In this document: positions 48,177 to 61,624 of the stretch, piece by piece
Numbering within the stretch: the first letter of the stretch is position 1
Layout: each line of letters starts with the position of its first letter
Source of the DNA: Callorhinchus milii
Taxonomy: Eukaryota
NCBI RefSeq assembly: GCF_018977255.1
Contig: NW_024704743.1
Coordinates: 88,972,001-89,036,000 of the forward strand
Length of the DNA: 64,000 nucleotides
Direction of reading: 5' to 3'
Made by a program: the position numbers and the translations under genes
Notes under the pieces: model-generated
The model's database searches: none
Told to the model about the DNA's origin: nothing
What the model saw: only the letters and a program-made list of their open reading frames with translations

Positions 48177-51100
48177 CTAGGAAGAATACAATAAATCAAA
48201 CCGTTGAATTAAACCAAATATGTGGGCTCCTTTATAGCACAGTTTCTTAAACAGAAATGGCCTTTGAAGTTTACCATATGCGAGTTCATTAGAATGTTTG
48301 TGAGTATTAAAAGCATTTATGACAATAATGATCCTTAGCACCGTATCGGGTTATTGAAATGTCTCAAAGAGCCTCACACGATTCATTGTGAAGCGTAGTG
48401 ACTTTAATTGCAGGTAACTGCAGCAGCTAATATGCACACAGCAATGTCCCACAAACAACCATGATGTAAATGATCAATCCCTTCTCTTTTCAAATAATGC
48501 CTTGGGATCTTTAAGCTCCACCTGCAGATGAGGCCTTGGTTTAAGAACATAAGAATTAGGAGCAGGAGCAGGCCATTCGGCCCCTCGAGCCTACCCCGCC
48601 ATTCGATAAGATCATAAGATCTGACAATGCAATACAACCCAACATTCCACTGGAGAGTAAATCCAGACTATAAATTCAAAGTCTCGACTTAGGGTTTGAA
48701 CCCACAACCTTCTGATTCAGATGTGCGAATGCTACCAACAAGCTGAGCAATTAAAGTAGAAAGCTCATCTTTCTCCCTGGAGGGCATTCTGCGCTTACTT
48801 ACTTGCAGAAAGTATTAGGTGCAGGTTGCTAAAAGCCAATGCTTGGGGCCTCAGAGTATGCATTGGGGTATTGCTGAAGTTTAAGCAGATAATTTGTCAT
48901 TGAGAGCACTTCCTGGCAAGCTTGTCATTGCGGGTCCAGCTTCAATAAAGGAAACATGTTTCACTTTGCACATAAATATAGCAATTCACTTTGCAATATA
49001 TCCTGTGAAGTGCTTTTGATAAGATAATGCGCTATATCAAATGCAAAGATTAAGATTAAAATCACATGAAATATGATTACAAATATACTCTGCAAAAGCC
49101 ATAGTATCACCGGATCATAGAGTTCATAAAGCAGGGGCTTAGATCACTGCTAAATTTCTTGATGTCAGCCAGAAAATTAGGCTCAAGTTTTGAGTCTTGA
49201 TCACTACTTCTGCCAGGAAGCTGTATCTGTGTGTGTAGGCACTGGGTGAAAGGGGGAAATGAGTTCAGCTGTGATGCTCACCCCCACTCCCATTTTCATA
49301 AAGCACCATGAATGCTCACACATGAATAATGGCCACGTGGGTGATGTACAGCGAAGCAACTAACACCCTTGGGACCACTTCTCCATTATAAGCAAAAAGA
49401 GTCCAAATGACTATAAGCAAGAAAACTGGAGTCATAGCAGTATATATAAAAAAAACATTGACAGGCTTTACAATTATAATTGTAATAGAATAAAATAATT
49501 TATGTCTTGCATATTGCCACGTAAGACAACACTTTGAGTTAATACTTCAGCACATCCGTTTGTAATGACAGGATTGCTCAGAGTTTACAGCCCATCAGAT
49601 CAGTAAATGCAAACACGGATCAATTTTCTTTATAAATGCATTACTGTTCAAATTAATAAATGATATACTGGTGACGTTCTGTGCAGTCCATATAACTGCA
49701 AGGCTATGCTCTTTTACCTAATCACAGTAACCTTAAGTTTCCATTCTGCATTGCTGTACTTTAGATCACAATCTCTCTGACTTTGTACAAGAGCAAGACT
49801 TCTGCAAATTGAAACACTAAAACGGGAATCAAAATAAGAAGTAATGTATTTGTATAGTTAGTTGTTTACTGGTGTCAACAGAAAGGCATGTTAATGGATT
49901 GTCTTTGTCTTTTAGTTGATAGGAGAAACACAACTCTGAGCTTTGAAATGATCCTGCTGAGGGTCAATTATGAAACTAAAAACTATCTGTTTAGTTACAA
50001 ACAGATTCCTTAGTCCTGTTAGAAATTGAGCCAACTCTCAAATGTATTCATTGAGTTTAGGGTTTGACCGGATTGGTGGATTGGAAAAGAAAATTGGAGA
50101 AATTAATTTTAAAGAATTTGAAAGTCCATTATATTCAAAATAGTGTTTGTTTGTTAGGTTTGTCTGGAAATAACTTGTTTTGACACACAACTTGCTGGCC
50201 CTGGTGTAACAGCATCTTCATCAAATGCTCTTCCCACACTGATTTCTCATACCTGGCTTTGGTACTGCTAGTTAGATCTATACATTTATTACAATGGCTA
50301 TATACCTTCAACTTCCAAGTTGTCTATACGAATGTCTTGAGTATTTACACCTTCCCATGCAGATTTTCATTTAAACAGCAATTGCAATCTCAGCCTGGAT
50401 CAGTTGATAAGAGTCTCATCTCTGTGTCAGAAGATTTTAAATTGAAGCCCCACTTCAGGGCTTCTGAACTAACAGGGAGGGCGCTATATACAACAACAAA
50501 ATAACATTTATAGAATGTCTTACACGTCAGGAGACATCTTATATAAATATAAGTGCAAGTTGTTGTTGTAGTTGTTGCTGTTGTAAACGGAAATGGTTCT
50601 TAAGAAGCCTAAAGCTCCATTGACATTGCTTAGTAGAAAGGCTCCAGCAGCAACACAGATAAACAATCTTGTTTCCATGTTGTGACATTTTTCTTGGGGA
50701 AGAACTTAAGACAGTGAAATTCTTCACTCGGGAAAGAATGATTGTCAAAGATCCCGATGGCATTTCTGCAGTGCTGGGTATCGCTGTGCAGAGACCAGAG
50801 GAAAATCCACCTCAGGAGATGGTGCTAATGTCTTTGGTTAATAACAGAATACAACTCGGCACATTACACCATCCTCTTATTGACACTAAGTGTCCCCTCA
50901 TTGACACTACAGAGTCACTTCATCGACATTACTTCATTATGGTAAAGGAAGTTGCATTATAGAAAATACAAGCTTTTTCTGAAATTCTTCATCACATATT
51001 TAGTGAGTGACCTATTCCCCAATAGATTTGATTGGTAATAGTATACTGCTGTATTTCTGCCACTAACTAAACAATTACTCTTCAGGAAAAGCTAAAGGAA

Positions 51101-51323
51101 CAAGTACCATGTTATCTGCATTGTTTGAGAAAATGAGAAGATTGCAAATGTGGTGGCTCAACACATTTGATTCACTGATGGCATCTGAGAGTCAGTATCA
51201 GGAGAATCTGCTAATAACAAGCTATCCATCCATGCAGCAGTAAATCATGATAGGCTTCGAAGTGCAGGTTCACAAAAATTGGCTGTGATATGCTGGTCGT
51301 TAGAATTCCCAGTTAGCAACTTT

Positions 51324-51553
51324 AGGCCTGAAATTCCACAAGTCTTACCCTGTAACAACATTTTGCCTTAATCTTTGAGATCGAACGGGATCATGGAGAT
51401 TCCTTAAATTCAATCTTTATTTGGGATCCGGTTTGCGCAGAACTTTTTAAAAAAGTGCTCAAAATTAAAGTTAAGAATTCTCCATAATCTTGCGTGATCT
51501 TAAATTTTAAGACAAATAGTTTTGAAAGCTAAGACTGGTGGAATTTTGGTCCT
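51324..51553. mobile_element. Fold-back MITE (PIF/Harbinger-like ends)
   Basis: aggcctgaaattccacaagtctta / taagactggtggaattttggtcct termini plus internal inverted complementarity. Related fragments at about 5700-5830 and 24435-24620. Confidence 0.7.
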
Positions 51554-51711
51554 TTTGAGTGACTATGAATAAATCCCCTTTGTGGCCTTTTTTACAGTTA
51601 TAAAAAACAATGGTAGCTTCATGATTAAGATTGAATGATGAATTAAAAAATCATTAGCAGCAGTGTGAGGCTTCATTATTTATATTTCTGTTAAATGAAC
51701 GAGCAAATTAA

Positions 51712-51959
51712 TGAACTCCACCCCACAGTGCCTTCGCCTTGCTTCCTCCCTTTCCTCCTTCAAGGCCGGTCTCAAGACCTTTCTCTTTCACCGTGCCTTC
51801 AGCTCCCCTCTCGACTCTCTACCCCCTCCTCGCTCCCTCCCTTCCCTCCCCTCACCCTGACCATTTCCCCATTGCTCGGGTCCTGACCCAACTGTCCAGC
51901 GTCTTGGGATGTCCTCCCGACGTGAAAGGCGTTCTATAAATGAAATCTTGTTGTTGTTG
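51712..51959 (+). mobile_element. L2 3' end (young subfamily)
   Basis: Near-identical to 9418-9663. Confidence 0.92.
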
Positions 51960-52459
51960 AATGTGATTGCAGTAACAAATTAATACAATTAAATCATTGT
52001 ACTTTATTTTTCCCTGTGGTTCATATCATTTACTGGCTTAAAGGTCTTCTCTGAAGAGACCTAGAAAGAGATATCAGCTAGAAAAAGATACCTCTGATTC
52101 TCCTCTTCCAGTCCTTCCCACTATGATCAAATAATTACTATATTTACATTTAATGTAGTATCTTTCAAATCAGGAAGATGTTTCAAAGTGCTTTACAGAG
52201 TATACTATAAAATGCAGTGGTTGCATATTTTGTACATGAATGCGAATAACAATACCAACACCAACTTGGATTTATATAGCTGGCCTTGATGCCGAGCCAG
52301 GGAGAGGGGGGAGGTGACTGTACACAAGGTTGAAGAGGTCTTCAAGTGTGATCTGAAAATGGGCGTGGAGTTGGCAATGCAGAGGGATTGAGGCAGAGAG
52401 TTCCATAGTTTCAGGGACAGAGAACGCAACAGCCAATCTACACACAGCTATGTCCCACA

Positions 52460-52912
52460 AAACAACAACTTACATTTGTATCGCGCCTTTCACGTCAAGA
52501 GGACGTCCCAAGGCGCTGGATAATCAGAAATCCACACCCGAGCTGGTGGTTGGCATCAGAAGGGGTGGAGGCCGGGGAGGGTAGGGGTAGGAGGGTGACT
52601 GAAGACACGGTTGAAGAGGAGGGTCTTGAGATAGGTCTTGAAGGAGGCAAGAGAGTGGAAGAAGGGGAGGGTCTGCGGAATGGAGTTGCAGAGGGTGGGG
52701 GCAGAAAGGCTGAAGGCCTGCCCGCCAATGGTGGGGCGGGCAAGGCGGAGGACATGTAGCAGGCCGAAGCTCGCTGAGCGGATAGGTTCGTAGGGGGTTA
52801 GGAGGTCACAGAGATAAGGAGGAGCGAGGTTGTGGAGGGCTTTGAAGGTGACGACCAGGATCTTGAACTCTATCCTGAGTGATGGGGAGCCAGTGGAGCC
52901 AGGCAAGGATGG
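52460..52912 (-). mobile_element. L2 3' fragment
   Basis: RIEFKILVVTFKALHNLAPPYL..FKTYLKTLLF motifs. Confidence 0.9.
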
Positions 52913-54224
52913 GGCAAAAGGCCATGAAGTGACTGAGCTGTTTTATCGGGGGGATTGTTGGCCAATTCCCTTCTCTTTTCGAATAGCACGATGGCATCTT
53001 GTCAGCCTGGCTCAGTCAGTAGCATTCTTCCTCTGAGTCAGAATATTGTGGGTTTAAGCCACAAACAGTGCCTCTAACATCCACCTGAACAGGCAGACGG
53101 AATTTTGATTTAACATCTCATCTGAACACAACTTCAACAATGTGGCATATCCTCAGCACTGTAATGAGAGTGTCAGTCTATATTCTATATGAGCTCAAAG
53201 TCCTGACATGGGGCTTGAACCCGCAACCTTCTGGCTGACAGGCAAGATTGTTACCATCTGAGCTAGGCTGACATACTGTTACCACTGGGATTGGAAAATA
53301 ACAAATACACACTCTCTTTGCTGCTCTCTCTTTCTTAGATATGGGGTATTCAGTGTCACTCTCAGACTAAAATTACCCAATCCTAATGTCACTGCCAACA
53401 ACACATATTACCAGGGGTAGGGGATTTTAACTGAAGTTTGCTTTAAGGTACTGAGTTCTACTTTCACTTCCCTCTCACTGCCTCCAAAAACTATGTTTTA
53501 AAACATATTCAGATCCACTAATGGACGTCGGAGTTGGTTCAGCATGATGGGCCCGAAATTGGGGCTATGGAATAGCAGGAGTGATGTGCTGCTTCTGATC
53601 ATGAGTCTTACTGATGGAGTCTGAGATTGGAAAACGCTTGTAAAGCACATTGATTGGAGAAGAATAGCTCTACTTCTTGATGCAGAAAGTAGTCTGTAAT
53701 ATCTAATTGAGCCTTCTGCCAACTAAACTGTCTGCAACACAGTTACTATTCAGAAAGAGCTAACTAACTGGTTGCTTGTGAGACATTGACATGGACAAAT
53801 TGACTGCTGCATTCATCTACAAAAGTCTATCGTTACACTAGAGAGGTCCGAAGGCCCTGGGAGGAGAGTGACACATACTGGGGGGGATGGTTACTGGATA
53901 TTTGGAACCACCTGAGCCAACAGAATATTAACCATTGTGTCTGCATTTTGTTGCAGTAAGCATGAGGCCAGCATATCTGTCATGGATAAAATTTTAGCAA
54001 TCATATGCTCAATAGTTATTAAAAGGTCACTGATGATTTTAAGCACTGCTTGGATTGGTCTAAAATTGCAGAAAGTGAATCACTAGTGGCAAGAGGTCAA
54101 CATCAAACACGTTCATTTTGCAATATTTAAAACAAAGGTTTCACAACTTCCTGATCCATAGAAGCTGGTCTTATCTATTTGACATTTCACAATCTAAACT
54201 AACTGTTTGCGATACAACAACAAC

Positions 54225-55760
54225 ACTCAACACAATTACATTTGTATAGTGCCATTCACATCGGGAGGATGTCCCAAGACGCTGGCCAGACAGAGTTTCG
54301 GACCCGATCTGGGGGTCGGGGTGGGGGAGGGTGGAGGGCAGGGGGAGAAGGAGGGATATCGAAAGCACGGTCGAAGAGGAGGGCCTTGAGTTGGGTCTTG
54401 AAGTTGGCAAGGGAGGGGGTGAGGCAGAGGGTCTGTGGGATGGAGTTCCAGAGGGTGGGGGCAGAGTAGCAGAAGGCCAGCCCGCCAATAGTGGGGCGAG
54501 CAAGGCGGCGGACGTGAAGCAGGCCAGAGCCCGCGAGCAGGATGGTAGGGGGGTTAGGAGGTCACAGACGTAGGGGCGAGCACGACCATGGAGAGCTTTG
54601 AAGGTGGGGACCGGGATCTTGAACTGTATCCTCTGAGTGATGGGAAGCCAGGGAGTTGGACAAGGATGGGGCTGATAGAGTTGTGGAGCCTAATGCAGCA
54701 AAGGAAATGGGTTGCAGAGTTCTGGATGATCTGAGGCCTATGGAGGGAGGAGTTGAGGAGGCTGACAAGCAATGAGTTTGCATAGTCGAGCCTTGATGTA
54801 ATGAAAGCATGTATGAGGTTTGGCGGCCTGCGGTGTGAGACAGTGGCGGAGCCGGGCGATGTTGTGGAGGTTAGGGGAAGGCAGAGCGGGTCATGGCACA
54901 GATATAGGGTAGAAAGGATAGTTGAGGGTCAAACAAGATGCCAAGGTTCCAGACTGGCTCAGTGAGGTGGAGTGTGCATCCTTGGATGATGGCACTGTCA
55001 GCGCCTGAGGTGAGGAGGTGCTGACGGGAGCCAATCAGGAGAGCCTCAATCTTGTTGATGTTCAACTGAAGAAAGTTAGCTCTCATCCTGGACTTGATGT
55101 CTGACAGACCTTCTGTCAGGACAGCAGTGGTTCCTGGAGTCAAGAGTGGAGGCAGAGAGGTACAGTGGTAGAGTACCAATGGACAGGGAGACATTTATGA
55201 CGTCTGTGCATAGAGGGGCAAGGACGTGGAGCTGGGAGGTAAGGAGAAGGGTAGGGATAGGGTCGAGGGAGCAGGTGGTCAGCTTCATGAGGGTTACAGT
55301 GGTGGTGAGAGAGGAGTGGGAGACAGGTTCAAAAGTGTGGAGGAAGGGATGGGTAGGGGCTGGAGTGGGAGGGGGAGATGGGGAGGGTGCAGCAAATGGA
55401 AATGGAATGGCAAGACAGCTGAGCAGATTCCCTCAATTTTGGATTCGAGGAAGTCCAGCATCACCTGGCAGTTGGCATTTGATGTTAGGATGGACGAGGT
55501 GTGAGAGGTTGGGCGGAGGAGCCGGTTGGTGATGGAAAAGAGGAGCCTGGGGTTATCCTTGCCCTCCATGATTGTCTTGGAGTAGAACGGCGATTTAGTG
55601 GAGGCGAGGGCGGAGTGTTAAGATTTGATAAGGTACAGCCAGATCTGCTGATGGATTGGTAAATTTGATTTAAACCAGGTGAGTTCAGCGGCAGGCATCT
55701 GTGCTTTAAGGAAGCGGAGGTGGCTGGTGTACCATGGTGAATAGGAGACGGTTGGGGTAA
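54225..55760 (-). mobile_element. L2 fragment with internal deletions
   Basis: [17 protein letters not shown] and NFLQLNINKIEALLIG motifs plus L2 tail; the RT core is deleted. Confidence 0.92.
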
Positions 55761-56791
55761 CTGGATGGTTGTGGGATATTGCTGTGCACAAGTTGGCTAC
55801 TGTGTTCGCTAACAAAATATGCAGTCGCTACACTTTATACAGTAAATCCTGCAAAGCATTTTCAGACATTTTGACGACATGATAAGGTGCTGTACCAAAT
55901 GCTGATAATGTATCAATCAAATAAGTATGATTATTTAATACAGCTAGATTTAGGAGTAGAAAAAAACTCTGTTGGTTCCCCATCCCCCAGCAGCTCAAAA
56001 CTCGAGCCCTCACAATCAAATCCCTGCATGTCATTTGCCCCATCCCAACTTCCTGCAACTCTAACAGCCCAGCAAACAACGATCTGCTTCATCTCTCCCG
56101 CCCAGTCGGTCCCCACCATCTGCTCCTGAACTCCCTCCACCTTGTACTTTCCCTTCCCACTTTTAAAACCTGTCTTAAAAACTCTTTTTGACTGTACCTT
56201 TGGTCCCAAGCTCCCTACTCCCATCAGCTGTCCTTGCTCAACTCTGGTATCAAGTCAGCAATGTGAAGCACCTTGAGATATCCTCGTTGCACAATGTAAA
56301 TTGTTTTTGAACAGATACAAATTAGAAAGGTATGGCAAAGAGTGGATAGTTCCAGTGGAAAACCAGCTTTCTATTTGTCTCATAGCTAGTTCACAAGAAA
56401 ATAGATCAGTTTTGTTTCACAATGCAATATGACTAATGAACACAATCAAAAAGGCATAAATGATCCAAATGCCTTTTATTGCCCAATAGCAAAAGAAAAT
56501 GCAGTAAACACCGAAAACAGTGAATGATGAAGAATGCACAAGAGATTAAAGATACATTTAGTTTTAGTAGAGGAAGTCTAAAATATACACAGCTGCTATA
56601 CATCACAATAATTTCTGTGAAGTGATTTAAGATGCTCTTATGACATGAAAGGCCAAAATCAAATATAAGGATTATTATTTTATTACTAAGAACACCTGCT
56701 AATCGATTCTTAAATATATCAGCAAAAAGTACTAACTGCTCCACAGCACTTGATGAACTCCATCATGAGTAGCACATGATTAAAGCTTTAC

Positions 56792-56947
56792 CTTGACATG
56801 GAATTCACTATCGAGCAGAATGTTCTGCGCTTTCAAGTCATGATGCAGCAACGGTGGGTTCATGTTATGAAGGAAATTTACCCCGAGCGCAATTTCATGC
56901 AATATGCGTAATCGCAATGACCAAGGAAGTGTAGGGTAGGTTTCTTT
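56792..56947 (-). CDS. RIPK2: RIPK2 coding exon 3 (156 nt; catalytic loop HHDLK)
   Basis: [56 protein letters not shown] boundaries; phase 0-0. Confidence 0.97.
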
Positions 56948-57659
56948 CTGTATTGAGGAAAGAAAAAACATAGTAGTTACAAATTTGAAATCAATTTTAC
57001 AAATGGAAAAGAATTAACACATAAAGGAGATTAACCAGTTGACATCTGATGCCAGATTTCTTTAACTGTTAGAATTACATCAAAAGAAGATTTTTGCATC
57101 CTGCAGCTTGAAAACCCAACATCTCTTTCAGATTTGAAATGTGAATGGATATTCACTCTGCGTCATGGAGGAAATGTGGTGTTGTTTAACCCTGTTTGTC
57201 CTCAAGCCCTACATCCTCTGAAACATTGCTTACCTACACCACTAACTCTCCCTCTGGGCTGCCTGGACCCCCATTCATGCCTTCATCACATCCAGGCTCA
57301 ATTATTGTCGCTACTTGCCAAACTCCCCATCTCCTCCCTACACAAGCCACAGCCCATCCAGAATTTACTGTTGTAGGAAATATGCCACTTATATCAGTGA
57401 CTATCAAAAGTTCAATTCAAAAGGAAGAGAAAGGAGGGTATTGGAGGGAGTACTGAGTGGGTGGAGACTCGTGGAGTTTAATCAGCGGCACAGACTGCAT
57501 GGGACGAATGGCTATTTCTGTGCTGTACATGTGTGTAAATTCAACCTGTATAAAAGCGTTACTTTTAGTCAAGGCATCAAACGGTAATTGGATAGTTGAA
57601 CCAAAGAGCCTTTGTTCTACCACACAATAAAAAAACAACATAAGTCACTCACCAAACAA

Positions 57660-58530
57660 GGACAACAACAACTTGCATTTATATAGAGCTCTCCACGCCA
57701 GGCAGCATCACAGAGCGCTTAACAATGGTGGAGCCCGAGGCTGAGCCAAGAGGAGGGGGAAGTTGACTGTAGGCGTGGTCGAAGAGGAAGGTCTTCAGGC
57801 GTGACCAGAAGACGGGGAAGGAGGGGACGAAGTGAAGGGGTTGAGGGAAGGAGTTCTAATGTTTCAGGGCGTAGTGGCTAAAAGCATGGCCGCTGATGGT
57901 GGAGCGGAGGATTCAGGGGACACAGAGGAGCCGGACCCAGTAGAGCGGAGGCAGCAGCTACTGCTGTGAGGAGAGAGGAGGTTAGAGAGATAGGGGGGTG
58001 CCAAGGAGTGGAGGGATTTAAACACTAGAGTGAGGATCTTGAAGTCGATCCACTCTGTGACAGGGAGCCAATGGAGTTTGGCAAGGACTGGAGTAATCGG
58101 GGTATGAAGTTTGTTGCGGGTGAGAATGTGGGCTGCGGAGTTTTGAATGAGCTGAATTTTTTGAATCGTGAGGAGGGGAGACCGGTGAGGGGGGCGTTAG
58201 AGTAGTCCAGCTGAGAGGTGACAAAGGCATGGACAAGGGTTTCAGCAGCTTTTGTGGGACGGTATTTTCGGAGACGGGCAATATGGTGGAGGTGGAAGAA
58301 AGTGGTGCTGGTCAGGGACTGGATGTGGGGGAGGAAGGATAACTGGGGATTGAACCTGACGCCTAAGTTGCTTACCTGCAGGAAATTTGCACTCATCCAG
58401 TTCTTGATGTCCGACAGAAAAGCTGACAGAACATCGGGGGACTGGGGTTTGCAGCTGGAGGTGGAAAAGTAGAGTTGAATATCATCCGCATGCATGTGGA
58501 AGTCAACCCCATATCTGCGGATGACATCAT
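57660..58530 (-). mobile_element. L2 RT to 3' end
   Basis: MHADDIQLY, NFLQ and [15 protein letters not shown] motifs; (CAA)n tail. Confidence 0.92.
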
Positions 58531-58824
58531 CAAGATAATTTTTTATATTGAAAAAGTATTTTTTTCAATATAAAAAATAAATGTCTCCTACAGCAACAAA
58601 GCAGATGAGATGAATTATCCTACCCAGATACTCTGAGCAGGTAGAATAAATATTGGAGATCATAACTCTAAATTAATAGTCTATGGAGTCACCTATCCCA
58701 AGGACCAGATGGCTCAATATGATTAAGAAGAGAAGAGCTGAAAACAACTATTCATTAAAAGCTAGGGGGCATTTGAATGGAATTTCACTCTAACCATTTC
58801 AGTCCATTTCCACCCACAAAGAGA

Positions 58825-59313
58825 AAACAACAACAACAAGATTCCATTTATTGAGCGCCTTTCATGTCGGGAGGATGTCCCAAGGCGCTGTACAGTTGGG
58901 TCAGGACCCGAGCAGGGGGGAAATGGTCAGGGTGAGGGAAGGGAAGGGAGGGAGCGAGGAGGGGTAGAGAGTCGAGAGGGGAGCTGAAGGCACGGTCAAA
59001 GAGAAAGGTCTTGAGACCGGCCTTGAAGGAGGAAAGGGAGGAAGCGGCGAAGGCACTGGGGGACAGAGTTCCAGAGCCTCGGGGCTGAGAGGCTGAAGGC
59101 CCGGCCACCGATGGTAGGGCGGTTGGGGCAGGGGATGTGGAGCAGACCGGAGCCAGAGGAACGGAGGGTACGGGCAGGTAGGCAGGGGGATAGTAGGTCG
59201 GAGAGGTAGGAGGGAGCAAGGCCGTGAACGGCCTTGTAGGTGAGGGTGAGGATCTTGAATTCGATCCTCTGGGGGATGGGGAGCCAGTGGAGGCGAGCGA
59301 GGGTGGGAGTGAT
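58825..59313 (-). mobile_element. L2 3' end (young subfamily)
   Basis: Near-identical reverse complement of 9177-9663. Confidence 0.94.
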
Positions 59314-59932
59314 GAGTGACCCCGCTACCTAACATGGCAAAGTCCAACATGTATATTAATGGTGAGTTCTGTTCAGAAACGCAGAATCGGAGTGGGAGAA
59401 TTCAAAGTTCAGAATGCTAAGAAGATATGAAATTTGAGTTCAAATTCAAAGACTGAGATTCAAAGAGAAGAGAAATGAAGCAATTCTACTATGAGAGGTA
59501 TAAAGAAGAAGATTCATGAATAACGTGATTAAATAGAAAAAAGATTACGAATTCCTTTAACAAAAGTTGAGTTACACACCAAACTCCTATAGAACTTGGA
59601 CCCCAGCCAGACGATGAGGGAAATCTTATTTCAGGTCTAATTATGACTGAAAATACTTTTTCAATATAAAACAAAGTGCAGAGTTGGAGATCTGAAGGAA
59701 ACTGAGTGGCCCAGTGGAGGCTGCTGATAATTATCAAAATAATGAATTTAGTGGGATTGCATAATGAGAATTATCACACAAAACACATTATGAAATGTTG
59801 AAAATTGTCACCCGATAGTGCATGCAGTGAGCAGTCTGTTCATTGCTCTACTGTTTTAGAAAAGAGTTACACAATAATTATCAAGGTAGACAAAGTGAAT
59901 TGCCCAAGAGCTTGTCGACTAGTCCACAATAC

Positions 59933-60086
59933 CTGATGCAGCAGATGGTCCAGTGATCCATTGGTCACATATTCAGTCACAATTCCCATAAATTCAGGCT
60001 CATTGCAAATTCCAAATATTGGGATTATGTGCGAAAATCTGGCCCTGTGGAGGACTTCTGCTTCTTTTAGAAGGCTGTTTCTTTCC
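59933..60086 (-). CDS. RIPK2: RIPK2 coding exon 2 (154 nt; kinase alphaC to hinge)
   Basis: Translates to [53 protein letters not shown] acceptor at 60087-88 and GT donor at 59931-32. Resembles the RIPK2 EAEILHKARF...GIVTEY segment. Confidence 0.96.
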
Positions 60087-60844
60087 CTGGGGAGCAGAGG
60101 AGAAATAATGAACAGAGCTATTCATTCACAGCAGAATTTCCCTTTCATTTTAGAAGGAGATTACAATTCAAGAAGGAAGAGAGTCAACGGAGGCATGAAT
60201 CATTTGATGCACTGATGTCACAATGAGAACCACAAGGGCTGTTTTGTAAAGCCAAGGAGAATTACACACCACAATAAATGATGAAAAAATCCCCCAGATT
60301 TTTCAGCCATGACACTGTTGGCTGAAAAATTTAAATTTAAAGTGAAACACAAAATGCAGCATTCTACATACGCCCTTCCCTGGCTCATCTTACATTTCAA
60401 AACTAGGATTGTACATTGGTCTGAAATATCAGCTCATCTTAAAGTAGAATCAGCAGGCTGTGAGCAGGTTAGCTGAAGGCACTTAACAGAACTCAGAAGG
60501 TTTAAAACAATAAGTGATCTCCCCACAATGAAACAAAAACCCATTACAAGGAGCTTAATTGACACTTTCAGAGAGTTACCACCATTGCTGAATTGTCAGT
60601 ATACAAAAATTTAGAATTGTTTTATATTGGGGGGGATCTAAAATATGTTTACAAAATACACACATTTTTGTACCAGTGTACTGTATGCATGAAAGACATT
60701 AACTTATGCATAGAAAGCAACCCATCTATTTCAATTTGTTGGAATAAAAGGGTATTAACATAATTCAGGAGAATTTAGACCAACGTAGAGGAAATGTAAA
60801 GGAGATTTGCTGAAGTGGTCATTAGAAGTTTTGTAAAATTTGTC

Positions 60845-61162
60845 CACTCAAGTTGGAGGACCTGGGTTTGATTCCTGGGTAGGGTGAAATCTTAGGCATG
60901 TTTCCTTACTCCACATGCCTCTGTTTACCTAGCATTAAGGAGGAACCCGGTTGATTGGCGGATTTCTTTCCGGTACGGATAATCCCTCCAAAAAAAATTA
61001 ATAATAACCCTCAACCTATGACTGTTCGCAGGGCATTGCTATGCACAATTGGCTTCTACTTTTTGCCCACAAAATACACAGTCAATTCACTGTACCTTGA
61101 GTGTAAAACTTTACTTCTCAATGACGTGATAAGGCCCTATATCAAATGCAAGGATTATTATT
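60845..61162 (+). mobile_element. tRNA-derived SINE, long subfamily, diverged
   Basis: B box, body and atcaaatgcaaggattattatt tail. Confidence 0.82.
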
Positions 61163-61624
61163 TTATCTTAAAAAAAGAATTGTCCAAAGGGCCGAGAAAA
61201 ATACTTCTTGCAAGGCTGTAATAAACAAAATACTTAAAAAGGCACTACCACTATCCTACTAACAAGTAGCAGCACGACTTTCAATTACCCTTCAGAGATT
61301 AAGCCCTACAGGAACGTTTCATCATCTTACAGAATCATAGAATCTTGTAGCACGCAAGGTGACCATTCTGCCCATTGTGTTTACCAAATAGTCCCACTCC
61401 CCCTCTCTTACCCCATAGCCCTGGAATTTTTTCCTTTTCAAGTACTTAGGTTCTTAAACCTGACCTTCTCTCCCACTCATTGCCTTCAGTTGACCTAATC
61501 CCATTTATGGATTCAATTTAGTGATACATGGTTCAATCAAGCACTTTCAGACAACCTCCTTATGCAAAGTAAATCACTGCAGCACGAATAATAAAAAAGC
61601 CACATATAGTCTAGATGGTAGGAA

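Noticed and set aside
50669..50962. 97-aa plus-strand ORF in RIPK2 intron 3
   Set aside because: Non-ATG start, no recognisable domain and no splice support.
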